Virus record (IMG/VR): IMGVR_UViG_2675903433_000022
Strand: one strand, 5' to 3'
Length of the DNA: 64,000 nucleotides
DNA from: a virus
Taxonomy: Duplodnaviria > Heunggongvirae > Uroviricota > Caudoviricetes
In this document: in pieces, positions 19,885 through 29,327 of the stretch
How positions within the stretch are numbered: position 1 is the stretch's first letter
How the letters are laid out: each line of letters begins with the position of its first letter
Translations under genes and position numbers: made by a program
The notes under the pieces: model-generated
What the model saw: only the letters and a program-made list of their open reading frames with translations
Told to the model about the DNA's origin: nothing
The model's database searches: none

Positions 19885-21015
19885 GTGGTTACTTATCTTT
19901 GTGAGGTTTTTGTGTCACTCCTTTTGAATCGTGAGCATACGAACGGTCAGGTAACAAACGCATCGTATGCAAAAGTTATTGAGACGGTGCTTAAAAGCGG
20001 CGTGCAGGCTGATGATCGCACAGGCACTGGTACTTTAAGCACCTGCTACGTTCCCTCTTACTACATGCTTACTGGTGGGACTGTGCCGCTTATTTCTGGA
20101 AAGGCGGTAAATCTTAAGCCACTGCTTGTCGAACTTGAGTGGTATCTGAAAGGCACGGGCAACATCCAATTTCTCAAGGATAACGGCGTTAAGATTTGGG
20201 ATGCATGGGCCGATGAGAATGGCGATTTGGGGCCGGTTTACGGTAAGCAGTGGCGTCGATGGGAAGATACCCGCATCGTGAGCCATAGTGAATATCTGAG
20301 CAAGATCGATACTTTCCGTGAACGCGGGTACAAAGTCGAAGGATACCTGGGTATCAGTGAAGATCGCGTAGTGCTGTCCCGTGAAATCGATCAGCTACAG
20401 CGTATTGTCGATACACTGCGCACGAACCCTACCGATCGTCGCATCATGCTTAACGCATGGAACGTAGGCGATCTTGAGGATATGAAATTGGCACCTTGCC
20501 ACTTTGCCTTCTCTTTGTGGAGTCGTGAGCTTGATTTTGAAACTCGTTTAACGATGGCAACTGACATTGGTCTTCAACACAGTCGCCTCGGTTACGAGTC
20601 TATCTACACCAAGATGCTATACGATCTGGAGATGGACGGCAGTGTTACTGAAACTGAACTGGATGAACTTGGAATCCCCAAACGCATCCTCAACTCCTGC
20701 CTCGTACAGCGTAGCGTAGACACTTTTGTTGGTATGCCATTCAATATTGCTGGCTATGGCATTCTCACTCATTTTCTCGCGAAGATTACGGGTCACATGG
20801 CCGGTGCATTTGTGCATTTTGGCTTTGATGTGCATTTGTACAATAACCACATGGAAAGTGTGTGTGAGCTAATGAAACGACAGGCTCCAGAGCATTCAGA
20901 TCCGGTCGTTATTTTCCCTCATGAATGGTCTGAGCTGGATGATTTCAAATGGGACGATATTCTGATTCTTGGCTATGACCCTCTACCGTGGATCAAGGTT
21001 CCAGTGGCGGTGTGA
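19885..21015 (+). CDS. thyA: thymidylate synthase (start codon uncertain)
   Basis: DRTGTGTLS N-terminal motif, active-site LAPCHFAF (PCH), PFNIAGYGILTH; track start is a GTG. Confidence 0.85.
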   Translation: MVTYLCEVFVSLLLNREHTNGQVTNASYAKVIETVLKSGVQADDRTGTGTLSTCYVPSYYMLTGGTVPLISGKAVNLKPLLVELEWYLKGTGNIQFLKDNGVKIWDAWADENGDLGPVYGKQWRRWEDTRIVSHSEYLSKIDTFRERGYKVEGYLGISEDRVVLSREIDQLQRIVDTLRTNPTDRRIMLNAWNVGDLEDMKLAPCHFAFSLWSRELDFETRLTMATDIGLQHSRLGYESIYTKMLYDLEMDGSVTETELDELGIPKRILNSCLVQRSVDTFVGMPFNIAGYGILTHFLAKITGHMAGAFVHFGFDVHLYNNHMESVCELMKRQAPEHSDPVVIFPHEWSELDDFKWDDILILGYDPLPWIKVPVAV

Positions 21016-21016
21016 T

Positions 21017-21430
21017 ATGGCAAGAGGAATGTATGTCTTATGCGAAATTGAAGGTGTGCTGGCAAATACCAGCCATCGTAAATCTGTATCTGACGCGGAT
21101 GCAGGCCAGCTCATTGCCGGTGATGAACTCATTTTCCCCACCAGCCGTATGTTGCGTGGTTTTGCTCGCTCAGGGGCTGAAGTGGTGCTTATCAGTAGCC
21201 GCTCTGAAACTCTTGAAGCGCCCACTAAACGATGGCTGAAAGATTTTGGCGTTGATTACGACTGGCTTCATCTTGTACCGAATGGCACCAGTTATGAGAA
21301 GCATATTAAGCGCACATTAGCGGAGCATAAAGGCGATCTGCTTATCGCTGCGCTGGTGCACGATCCTCGACTCCGTGCCGCTTTAGCTGACTCTCATCAT
21401 AGACCGGTTATCTATGAGGTGAGCAAATGA
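21017..21430 (+). CDS. hypothetical protein
   Basis: Track ORF 20969..21430; likely start ATG 21017 just after the thyA stop. Confidence 0.5.
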   Translation: MARGMYVLCEIEGVLANTSHRKSVSDADAGQLIAGDELIFPTSRMLRGFARSGAEVVLISSRSETLEAPTKRWLKDFGVDYDWLHLVPNGTSYEKHIKRTLAEHKGDLLIAALVHDPRLRAALADSHHRPVIYEVSK

Positions 21431-21903
21431 AGATGATAGCTGCTGTTGGCCGTAGCTATGAGATCGGCATAGCGAACGAACTGCCCTGGCGTTGTTCTAC
21501 CGATCTGAAGCTATTTAAGAGACTCACCAAAAACGCCACTGTCGTTATGGGGCGTAAAACGATGGAAAGTCTCAAACGCCCTCTTCCAGAGCGTCATAAC
21601 CTCGTTTTGACGCGCTCTCATGGCTTTGTACCAAATGGATTCTACCCTGCTGGTGTGGATGATGTGTTGCGATTACCAGAGCCTGTGTGGGTGATTGGCG
21701 GGGAACAAATTTACTCGCTATTCATGCCGCATGTTGAAGAGATTTGGCTCTCCCACATCGGCGTTGATGTACCAAACGCCGATGCATTCTTCCCGGCAAG
21801 CATGATGCGTAACTTAGGCTTTGTGCCTGTTGAAACAGCTTATACCCAACGAGCCAGCGAGGAAGAGCCTGGCTTTTCGCAGATCGTATACAGAAGGTCG
21901 TAA
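21427..21903 (+). CDS. folA: dihydrofolate reductase
   Basis: 158 aa; MIAAVG..LPW..DL..FK..T....VVMGRKT.ES..RPLP.R.N.VL.R and VIGG..IY pattern of DHFR. Confidence 0.85.
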   Translation: MKMIAAVGRSYEIGIANELPWRCSTDLKLFKRLTKNATVVMGRKTMESLKRPLPERHNLVLTRSHGFVPNGFYPAGVDDVLRLPEPVWVIGGEQIYSLFMPHVEEIWLSHIGVDVPNADAFFPASMMRNLGFVPVETAYTQRASEEEPGFSQIVYRRS

Positions 21904-22547
21904 TGGATTACCGGATTGGGATCACTGGTGCTCAGGGCAGTGGGAAAACAACCCTGGCTAAATATATCGACAAACATTACGGAATCCCTTACGTGGATGC
22001 TGGTGTCGGAAGTTTGATGAGCCGCCTCGGTGTTCGAGTAGGTGAGTCTATGCCTCTATATGAGCGGCTTCAGATTCAAATGGAAATAGCAAAGCATATA
22101 GAGCTACTTACGCGTGGTGTTGAAGGCTTTGTTATCGATCGCACACCTGCTGATGTTATGGCCTACACGTTGGATTTGGTCGGCCATACCAATGAAGATC
22201 GGTGTATTGAGTTAGCCCTCGATATCGAAAAGTTTTGCCACAAAACTGCTATTTCAAACTTTAACGCCATTGCTGGCTTACGCCCGGGAGTCGCTCTCTC
22301 CGAGCGAGATTACTTGCGTTCACAACGAGCATCATTAGACCGTCTGTATGTCGCTCGTATTGATGCGTTGATGTGCGGGGAACTGACAAAAATTCACCTA
22401 CATCCGCAAAGGGGAGATCTGCAAACCTTCGTCGTTTCCAACCGATATCGCACAGTTGAAGCAAGAGCCAGATCAGTAATGAGAATGCTAGATAACGCAG
22501 TAGAAAAGATAGAAAACCGCTTCTGTGGCCGAGTGACCGTTCATTAG
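21903..22547 (+). CDS. P-loop nucleotide kinase-like protein
   Basis: Walker A GITGAQGSGKTT at the N-terminus; size and position next to DHFR suggest an (d)NMP kinase-like enzyme. Confidence 0.5.
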   Translation: MDYRIGITGAQGSGKTTLAKYIDKHYGIPYVDAGVGSLMSRLGVRVGESMPLYERLQIQMEIAKHIELLTRGVEGFVIDRTPADVMAYTLDLVGHTNEDRCIELALDIEKFCHKTAISNFNAIAGLRPGVALSERDYLRSQRASLDRLYVARIDALMCGELTKIHLHPQRGDLQTFVVSNRYRTVEARARSVMRMLDNAVEKIENRFCGRVTVH

Positions 22548-22608
22548 AAATTGTTCGCCTCTTCGACATTGCGACAATAAAACTCTCAAAATGGGTTAAG
22601 GATAAAAA

Positions 22609-23028
22609 ATGTTTAGTGAAATGTTGCTTGAAGATGAACTGGATCGGAAAACAACAGAGGCTTTGATTCGTGTAGCGGACGAACATTCCCGGTCGCTTAT
22701 GAGCGATCGAGAGGCTCGTCTGGCTATTCGTGCCATATTCGAAACTGCGCAGGGGCTTGTTGGCGCACAAGTAGGTGAAGCCATTAGCATCGCCATGTCT
22801 CAGTTCGGTGAAGGCAGTAAAAAGCCTCTGTTTCCTATGCATTTGATGCTGGCTGGTGGCACGGTGCTTTATATCTCTGTTTGTCTGGATAGCAACCAAA
22901 TCAATATTCTCAACACTGCGTCAGGTAAGTGGAAAGATCCGATTTTCTGTGAAACCAGTGAAGAAACTTTGAAAAAAGCGGCTCAATTTGTACGTAGCGC
23001 ACTACTTAAGGGCGCTAAGAAGTTGTAA
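22609..23028 (+). CDS. hypothetical protein
   Basis: Track ORF 139 aa. Confidence 0.5.
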   Translation: MFSEMLLEDELDRKTTEALIRVADEHSRSLMSDREARLAIRAIFETAQGLVGAQVGEAISIAMSQFGEGSKKPLFPMHLMLAGGTVLYISVCLDSNQINILNTASGKWKDPIFCETSEETLKKAAQFVRSALLKGAKKL

Positions 23029-23037
23029 GGAGTTCTG

Positions 23038-23595
23038 ATGACAACGATTGTTGCAGGCATCGATATCGAGTCTACGGGACTGGATTTTCTTGCTGGTCAT
23101 AAAATTATTGAAATCGCAATTACCCGCTATGAACTGGAGACACAGAGACATATTGATAGTCTGGAGATGCGTTTTAACCCTCGCAGAAACATAGATCCGA
23201 AAGCTCAAGCCGTTCATGGCATTTCATTGGAACAGCTCGCAGCTGAACCTTTGTTGTCAAATCATGCCAGCGAAATTGGCGCTTATATGGGGGCATGTAG
23301 TGCGTGGATTGCTCATAACGGCGAAGCGTTTGATATACCATTTATTCGACACGAGTTTTCAGGGTATGGAGTAAGACTGCCAGAAGTTCCTGTTATAGAT
23401 ACTATGTTATCGGGATTGTGGGCCACAGAAGACGGTAAACGTCCCCGCCTTGAAGAGTTGGCCTTCTCTCTTGGCTTTATATACGATCATGCCAAAGCAC
23501 ATAGTGCCTTATATGACACAAACTTAATGATGCAATGCTTCTTTAAGGCACGTAATAAGTACGGATTTTTTAAATTACCCTCTGAAATTGTGTAA
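23038..23595 (+). CDS. DnaQ-like 3'-5' exonuclease (DEDDh family)
   Basis: Exo motifs GIDIESTGL, HNGEAFDIPF, HSALYDT. Confidence 0.8.
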   Translation: MTTIVAGIDIESTGLDFLAGHKIIEIAITRYELETQRHIDSLEMRFNPRRNIDPKAQAVHGISLEQLAAEPLLSNHASEIGAYMGACSAWIAHNGEAFDIPFIRHEFSGYGVRLPEVPVIDTMLSGLWATEDGKRPRLEELAFSLGFIYDHAKAHSALYDTNLMMQCFFKARNKYGFFKLPSEIV

Positions 23596-23601
23596 AACAA
23601 A

Positions 23602-23636
23602 AGCCTACTTTAAAAAGTTTAAAGTAGGCTTTCTTT
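23602..23636 (+). terminator. AT-rich stem-loop terminator
   Basis: AGCCTACTTTAAA-aag-TTTAAAGTAGGCT then T-rich tract after the exonuclease stop. Confidence 0.45.
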
Positions 23637-23753
23637 TAAACAACAGTCGCCTTTCAATCATTTCCTGCCTGTATTTAATACTTTTCCGCCTGATAGGTTT
23701 AGTCAAAATGTAGCCATCGAAACGCAAATGTAACCAAACAGAAGGAGACTTAC

Positions 23754-24563
23754 ATGAGTTCGGTTGAAAATGTAATGACAAATGATGATCTGGACGAGCT
23801 GACAGCCATGTTGCAATCACTTGATGAACCAGTAAAAAAAGCTGCACAGGTTGAAAATACTGATGATATTGACGATCTGCTGCTCGGCCTCGATGCTGGC
23901 GTAGCCATGAGTTCTGATGATGTTGCCGAAGAACTGTTCAATGAAGAAAAAGCAGGTGATTTCAGCTCTGCTTTAAATGAGTTGGAGTTAGCGCATGAGC
24001 CTATAAACGTAATTAACGCTGAAAGTGTTGAAGCTGCCGAAAACGAGCCAGAACAATTGGGATTTATTGAGGTTGAAGAGTGTGTTGAGATTAATGATGA
24101 ATTAAAAGTTCAACAGTCAAATGATAGCAATACAAATAAAAAAGCTCGTGCTGCAAGAGGTCCTCGTTTTACTTTAAGTGATAAAGATAATTCGTTTTTC
24201 AATAAAGCAGGCTTAGAAAAAGATATTTTCTTAGACGCTTACGAAAACGCGCCTGTCAAAGCGAAGGATAAGATATTAAACCTTCTTAATTGGTTTAGCG
24301 GAGGTCCAGATATTAGTGTTTACACGGTAATTTCCATGAGACACCTTCTCACAGAAAAGAAGGCTACAAGTAATAGTATTAAGATTGCTTTAATGAGCAA
24401 TCCAGAAAAACCGTATCCGCTTAACACTGCGTCAACTCAGGCTGGGCAAATGATGGCTGTATTTCCAGCTACAGGAATTGCCGTTAGAGACGGTGGAAAT
24501 CTAACATTGAACGAAGAATCACCGATCGTTAAGAAGTTTGTCGCGGAGTACACTATTGGATGA
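23754..24563 (+). CDS. hypothetical acidic protein
   Basis: Track ORF 269 aa, Asp/Glu-rich N-terminal half. Confidence 0.5.
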   Translation: MSSVENVMTNDDLDELTAMLQSLDEPVKKAAQVENTDDIDDLLLGLDAGVAMSSDDVAEELFNEEKAGDFSSALNELELAHEPINVINAESVEAAENEPEQLGFIEVEECVEINDELKVQQSNDSNTNKKARAARGPRFTLSDKDNSFFNKAGLEKDIFLDAYENAPVKAKDKILNLLNWFSGGPDISVYTVISMRHLLTEKKATSNSIKIALMSNPEKPYPLNTASTQAGQMMAVFPATGIAVRDGGNLTLNEESPIVKKFVAEYTIG

Positions 24564-24640
24564 CGTTCCCCTACTGAAAATAAAGCCCATAGAGAGCTTT
24601 ATAGTGCTGGGTAAGCTAACCCATACCCAGCACCACAAAA

Positions 24641-24686
24641 ACGCGCCAGAGAGCTTCTTGTTCGCATTTCTGGCGCGTTTTATTTG
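24641..24686 (+). terminator. stem-loop terminator (ACGCGCCAGA...TCTGGCGCGT + TTTTATTT)
   Basis: One of several hairpins in the 24564-24745 intergenic region. Confidence 0.5.
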
Positions 24687-24745
24687 ATTGCCATACATGA
24701 AATCAAATGCAAAAATAGGTAATCACTTACCTATCGAGAAAGAAG

Positions 24746-25339
24746 ATGATTGCAGCCGAAAAAATCAAACAGCGAAAGCGCGACAACTCTCTTCGTGACC
24801 TCTGGAGAACACCTGATTGGCTGTTTTCTGCCATTCAACGTTATCTTGGAGTGACATTTGATGTTGACGTTGCCTGCAACAAGGACAATGCAAAGCTGCC
24901 TAATTTCATAGGCGTTGAGCGCGATGCTTTGAAATCTGAATGGGGGCAGCCAGGTACAATTGCCTTCCTCAATCCACCCTACTCCAAAATCTCCCCCTGG
25001 ATTGATGCTGCTATACGTGAGCAGGCTCGCGGAGTTACAACAGTGATGCTAATTCCTCAATCCCTCGATACAAAGTGGTATGAGCGTGCAACAGAGTATG
25101 CGAATGAGACGATTATTCTGTCTGGTGGCCGCGTAGCGTTTGTCGAGCCTGACGTCAATTTGGGTCAGGTAGAAGTAAACATCAACCCCGGTGGCAGTAT
25201 GCTCGTTGTTTTTCGAGGATTCTGTCAGGACGCCGGGCACTCTATAAGCAAGATCCCTTTGGACGTCATGAAAAGTCTGGGAGGGTATGATCCTGCGAAT
25301 GTGATCAGGAAAAAAAGACCATCAAAGAAGGCTGCTTAG
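24746..25339 (+). CDS. DNA N6-adenine methyltransferase (phage Dam-like)
   Basis: FLNPPYS catalytic motif and DLWRTPDW region typical of the small phage Dam-type methyltransferases. Confidence 0.75.
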   Translation: MIAAEKIKQRKRDNSLRDLWRTPDWLFSAIQRYLGVTFDVDVACNKDNAKLPNFIGVERDALKSEWGQPGTIAFLNPPYSKISPWIDAAIREQARGVTTVMLIPQSLDTKWYERATEYANETIILSGGRVAFVEPDVNLGQVEVNINPGGSMLVVFRGFCQDAGHSISKIPLDVMKSLGGYDPANVIRKKRPSKKAA

Positions 25340-25360
25340 TTTGTTCTGGCGTCTGTAATT

Positions 25361-25419
25361 AGCCTGCTTCTGTATATATAAATAACTACATATTAATTAT
25401 TAATATACGGAAGCAGGCT
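25361..25419. repeat. long inverted repeat (17-bp arms around an AT-rich loop), copy 1 of 2
   Basis: AGCCTGCTTCTGTATAT ... ATATACGGAAGCAGGCT with a T/G wobble position; near-identical element at ~55760-55816. Confidence 0.6.
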
Positions 25420-25524
25420 GTTTTGTATCAGAGACTCCAGACCTGAACATCACTACAGAATCCACTAGAACCCCTTCCCAGACGCTTTAAAATCGATTTT
25501 ATGAACCACTTTAAGGAAACTAAC

Positions 25525-25755
25525 ATGTCATACCCGACTAATGTCGTTGCGCTCGTAGAGAGCGATTTTCTGGCCCAGGCTCGTGAAATGATGAAAGATC
25601 GCGAGCAGGCTTTCAACTTGTACGAATGGGCAATTAAGTGCTTGCATCTTGGGGAGCATCGCGAACTTGTTGAACAGCTTTTAGGTGAGTTGATCAACGA
25701 GGTGTTTGCCTTGAATGTTCAACTACATGGTCGAGAAAATAATCAATCGAAATGA
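25525..25755 (+). CDS. hypothetical protein
   Basis: Track ORF 25501..25755; ATG 25525 preceded by AAGGAAA. Confidence 0.4.
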   Translation: MSYPTNVVALVESDFLAQAREMMKDREQAFNLYEWAIKCLHLGEHRELVEQLLGELINEVFALNVQLHGRENNQSK

Positions 25756-26339
25756 TAGATAAGTACAAACTATTCATAAGGTGAATTGTAAGTGCTAAGA
25801 TCTGATAGTTTCCAGTCGTAGACTGGAGACTCGACCTGATGGGTGGGGGTAAGCGTCACTGGCGTCAGGTTTAAAAAAGCTCACTACCAGCGTAGAACCG
25901 GTGCCGTTTAGGTGTCGGGGAAGGGGGAACCAAAGTGAGCGGAGACAAGGGTCACTTTATGATTGTCGAGTCTGGGGTGTTTCGAGAGGTTGAATCCAGT
26001 ACTCCCCTTCATAAAGTGTGGGAAGATCTCGGTTCTGGGGTGCTGTCATCCATAACTTCCCAAGTCTAAGCTGGCAGTAGACTTAGACCATAACTTTTCA
26101 GGTTATGAAACGACCAGGTTGGTGAGGGATTTTTATACTCACCTCCCTGGGAGAGTATTACCTGAAAAGACAACCTCTCACTTCGTTCGAGGTGAACTTC
26201 ACTCACTTCGTTCGTTCAGTTCAGGTTTATAAAAACCTGTTCTGGGAAGTAATTTGTTTATTTTAATAATTATTAACACGCACGCGTGTGCGCACGCGCG
26301 AGGAAAAAAATCGGCGCGGCGCTTGATTCAGGAGTTTAT

Positions 26340-26930
26340 ATGACGACGAAGACACCAGCCCGATCGCAAGCAAAAACTCGCAAAAAAGCCAAAAACAAAA
26401 ATTCTCCCCGCACCAATCCTACAACGCCTGTCGTAGAGTTCAATCCCCAGCTTAAAACCGTGAAAATCTTCAGTGATGGCTCTTGCCTTAAAAATCCGGG
26501 TGGCCCGGGCGGTTACGGTATCGTTCTTCAGTATCGTGGAGAGGAACGCGAGTTCTCAGATGGTTTTCATAGCACCACCAATAACCGCATGGAGATGATG
26601 GGGGCACTTATCGGGCTGGAGCGTTTGAAATATCCATGCAACGTTATTTTGCACTCTGATAGTCAGTATCTGAAAAACGGCATGACACAGTGGATGAAAT
26701 GGTGGAAACGCAATGGATGGATGACTTCTGACAAAAAACCGGTAAAGAATGTTGATCTGTGGAAGCGTCTGGATGAGGCCGCAAGTCGACATAATGTTCG
26801 CTGGAAGTGGGTTAAAGGTCACGCCGGGCATCGTGAAAATGAAATATGTGATCGACTCGCGAAGATCGCAGCTTTTTCAGCAGCAGATATGCCTCACAAG
26901 AAAGATATTGGTTTTGTTTATAATAAGTAG
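26340..26930 (+). CDS. rnhA: ribonuclease HI with basic N-terminal extension
   Basis: Track ORF 26286..26930, start moved to ATG 26340 after CAGGAG; [47 protein letters not shown] match the RNase HI core. Confidence 0.85.
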   Translation: MTTKTPARSQAKTRKKAKNKNSPRTNPTTPVVEFNPQLKTVKIFSDGSCLKNPGGPGGYGIVLQYRGEEREFSDGFHSTTNNRMEMMGALIGLERLKYPCNVILHSDSQYLKNGMTQWMKWWKRNGWMTSDKKPVKNVDLWKRLDEAASRHNVRWKWVKGHAGHRENEICDRLAKIAAFSAADMPHKKDIGFVYNK

Positions 26931-27031
26931 TAAGTAAGTGTTTACCTATCATTTTAAATCATGTATCTTATCGGCGTCAGGATGACAATGTGTCGGTGAG
27001 ACACAGTTCCAGGATGGAACGAGAAAGGCGG

Positions 27032-27077
27032 NNNNNNNNNNNNNNNNNNNNNNNNNNNNNNNNNNNNNNNNNNNNNN
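27032..27077. other. assembly gap (run of 46 N)
   Basis: Literal N run in the sequence. Confidence 0.99.
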
Positions 27078-27110
27078 CCGCAACTCTTTCTGACACTGGA
27101 TGGGGTCCAC

Positions 27111-27605
27111 ATGGCACGTCAAACCTATTTCACTTCTGCAACTAAACGTCCTCGTTCTTTACGTCAAATTTTGGCCGAATTATTTAGCGGTCGTGTTATG
27201 TCACGTCTTGATGAACTAGAGACTACCGTTCGGTTGCTGAATGAACGTTTAGATAATCAAGCGTCAGTTGTTGCGAACGTGGGGGCGATTGTTGCCTCTG
27301 GTTCTTCACGCGAAGCGAAAAGTACACGGCCTTTAGTGAAGGAGAAAAACAACAAGGACAGTTCGAATGGAAAATTTTCAAAGAAAGAGGCTGAAACCAA
27401 TGGCCTACGTTCTCATTATAGTTTCACTGGCGACGGTAGCCGTTCCAGCCGGCCAGAGCCTTTTGATGCCGGATTCATCCATCACCACACCTTCGTCGAC
27501 GACAATTACCACCACTCCAGTGGAGCGTCCTGTCACTCTGGATGGGATGGCGGTGGATGCGATACCTCAAGTTCATCCAGTTACTCAGGATCATGCTGTG
27601 ACTAA
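27111..27605 (+). CDS. hypothetical protein (low-complexity C-terminus; frame ambiguous with 27367..27618)
   Basis: Track ORF starting just after the gap. Confidence 0.3.
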   Translation: MARQTYFTSATKRPRSLRQILAELFSGRVMSRLDELETTVRLLNERLDNQASVVANVGAIVASGSSREAKSTRPLVKEKNNKDSSNGKFSKKEAETNGLRSHYSFTGDGSRSSRPEPFDAGFIHHHTFVDDNYHHSSGASCHSGWDGGGCDTSSSSSYSGSCCD

Positions 27606-27618
27606 GGCGGTTGTATGA
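27367..27618 (+). CDS. hypothetical membrane-anchored or secreted protein, Thr/Ser-rich
   Basis: Hydrophobic segment MAYVLIIVSLATVAVPA; stop overlaps the next start (ATGA). Confidence 0.35.
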   Translation: MENFQRKRLKPMAYVLIIVSLATVAVPAGQSLLMPDSSITTPSSTTITTTPVERPVTLDGMAVDAIPQVHPVTQDHAVTKAVV

Positions 27619-27803
27619 ACTGGTTTTCAAATCACTTTGGAAAAATTTGGCTGGCAATTCTTGCCCTCATGGCCGCCGGTTGGGTATCGAACATTATAAA
27701 ACTTGTTTGCTCTGGCGATCTCCAGTTTCAGGCTGGCATGACCTTGGCTCGTGTAGTTGGGATTTTTGTTTTTCCAGTCGGTTCGGTACTTGGTTATTTC
27801 TGA
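27615..27803 (+). CDS. small membrane protein
   Basis: 62 aa with two hydrophobic segments. Confidence 0.4.
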   Translation: MNWFSNHFGKIWLAILALMAAGWVSNIIKLVCSGDLQFQAGMTLARVVGIFVFPVGSVLGYF

Positions 27804-27896
27804 CGGCTGTTAGTGCATATGCATTGACCATCTTTGCGTAAGCAATTTATGTAATTAGAAAACAACTTGTTTTGACAAATAATAAAAGGAAAACAC

Positions 27897-28322
27897 ATGT
27901 TAGGTTTCTTCAAAAAGAAAACTCGTAAAGCTGTTATCGAAGTCAAAAAAATGGAGAACCGTGATGCGGTTGAGGCCACCGTGTGTGGCGCGTACATGAT
28001 CTCCTATGCCGACGGCACATGTGACGCAAAAGAAATTGCCATTCTTGAGAAGACAATTGCAGCTCTGCCTGCGTTTTCTCCGTTTGCTGGTGAAATTGCC
28101 CAAATGAGCGCCAATATCCGTGCTCGTTACGAAGCGTCCCCTCGTTCTGCTAATGCACAGGCTATTCGTGAGCTGTCTGATATTGCGGGTACTCCAGAGG
28201 CGGTCGATGTTCTGTGTCTGTGCCTTGATATTGCCGATCAGGACGGCATTGGTGAACAAGAAGAGCAGGCACTGAAAAAGATCGCCCAGGCGCTTCAGTT
28301 GTCACTGGATGCTTATCTCTAA
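27897..28322 (+). CDS. TerB-like domain protein (tentative)
   Basis: 141 aa; Asp/Glu pattern YADGTCDAKEIAILEK ... DIADQDGIGEQEEQALKKIA resembles TerB-family modules; palindrome and conserved RBS upstream. Confidence 0.45.
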   Translation: MLGFFKKKTRKAVIEVKKMENRDAVEATVCGAYMISYADGTCDAKEIAILEKTIAALPAFSPFAGEIAQMSANIRARYEASPRSANAQAIRELSDIAGTPEAVDVLCLCLDIADQDGIGEQEEQALKKIAQALQLSLDAYL

Positions 28323-28480
28323 TGCTTGAGAGATTCCGGCTTGTGATCGTCATTGCTCTTCTGGTGATGGCGGTGTTGGTGGATTTTACGGGAAAGATGA
28401 TGTCTGTCATTTCTGATGGCGTTCTCATTGGTTTGGCGATCTACTTCGCTTATCCGTTAGTTCGTAAAGCAAAGTGTTAA
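28322..28480 (+). CDS. possible small membrane protein, 52 aa
   Basis: Below track cutoff; ATG overlaps the TerB-like stop (TAATG); two hydrophobic segments; hairpin terminator follows. Confidence 0.35.
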   Translation: MLERFRLVIVIALLVMAVLVDFTGKMMSVISDGVLIGLAIYFAYPLVRKAKC

Positions 28481-28482
28481 TG

Positions 28483-28508
28483 ACAAGGGCCAAATGGCCC
28501 TTGTGTTT
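28483..28508 (+). terminator. rho-independent terminator (ACAAGGGCC-aaat-GGCCCTTGT)
   Basis: GC stem-loop followed by a T-rich tract. Confidence 0.5.
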
Positions 28509-28619
28509 CGTTGACCGAAATAGAGAGTTTGCACCTTTACGTTTAGCTTGCTCCCCTTTTATGCCACATCACAATAAAGCCAATAAGAAAACAACTTGTT
28601 TAAGCATTAGGAAAAACAC

Positions 28620-29186
28620 ATGTGCAAGAAATGCAAAGCGATAGCTGATGAACAAAACGCCTTATTCGAAGAAATGGATGCTAATGAACTGGTCAAAATG
28701 TTAGCCATTCTTCGAGGAATAGAAGACGTTTCCATATTTGAGAGAGTGGTTACAGCACTTAATTTTGAGTCCACCTTTGAAGAGCCTACTCAGGTTGTAG
28801 CTTTAGCACATCATTTCGGTGTTCATTATCTTGCTGAAAAAGAGAGAGCTGATAAGTTGCAAGCGACTTTGGATATGGTGAGCGAGACTCAAGGATCTCA
28901 TGACGGTAACAAAAGTGAGACGATTATTGCCAGCAAAGATCGTGAAATTGCCGGGCTTAAATCCTCTCTAACGATGTTGATGTCTGCAATTAACCTTATG
29001 TCTTCTAAAGCAGGTTATAAAATGCCATCACTAAACAGCGACGATCCGATGGCCGTTCGCCAGCTTTTAGGTGCAATGGCCGACCAGCTCGACGACACAA
29101 AGAGTCGCCTTGAAGACATGATGCGGGAGCTCACGCATCGCCATGACTTGAATAAGCAGCCGCACAAAACGCAATACGCACTCTAA
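28620..29186 (+). CDS. hypothetical protein
   Basis: Track ORF 188 aa; conserved GGAAAAACACATG context. Confidence 0.5.
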   Translation: MCKKCKAIADEQNALFEEMDANELVKMLAILRGIEDVSIFERVVTALNFESTFEEPTQVVALAHHFGVHYLAEKERADKLQATLDMVSETQGSHDGNKSETIIASKDREIAGLKSSLTMLMSAINLMSSKAGYKMPSLNSDDPMAVRQLLGAMADQLDDTKSRLEDMMRELTHRHDLNKQPHKTQYAL

Positions 29187-29203
29187 TACTGCACCAGTCG
29201 ACA

Positions 29204-29226
29204 GGGGGCGAAAGCCCCCATTTTTA
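29204..29226 (+). terminator. rho-independent terminator (GGGGGC-gaaa-GCCCCC + T run)
   Basis: Stem with GNRA-like loop then ATTTTTA. Confidence 0.6.
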
Positions 29227-29327
29227 CGCCTTAAATCTGCTGTAACGCCTATGAATGCAGCTTTTATGCCTTTTCAATTTTGTAATAATTACACCAATAA
29301 GAAAACAATTTGTTTAATGGTGTAATT

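Noticed and set aside
22261-22899. 212-aa minus-strand ORF
   Set aside because: Antisense to two plus-strand genes in a uniformly plus-strand operon; no motifs
1-23600. Interpretation as a virulent T5-like or T4-like phage because of the FEN, RNR, thymidylate synthase, DHFR and SbcCD-like gene set
   Set aside because: The iteron-flanked RepA with a GATC/DnaA-box origin, the SOS-regulated UmuD'-like gene and the orphan Dam-like methylase point to a plasmid-type (phage-plasmid) lifestyle; the gene order does not match what I recall of T5 or T4
25756-26285. tRNA gene in the ORF-free region
   Set aside because: I could not assemble a convincing cloverleaf by eye; only a proper tRNAscan-SE or Infernal run could settle it, so no RNA gene is reported
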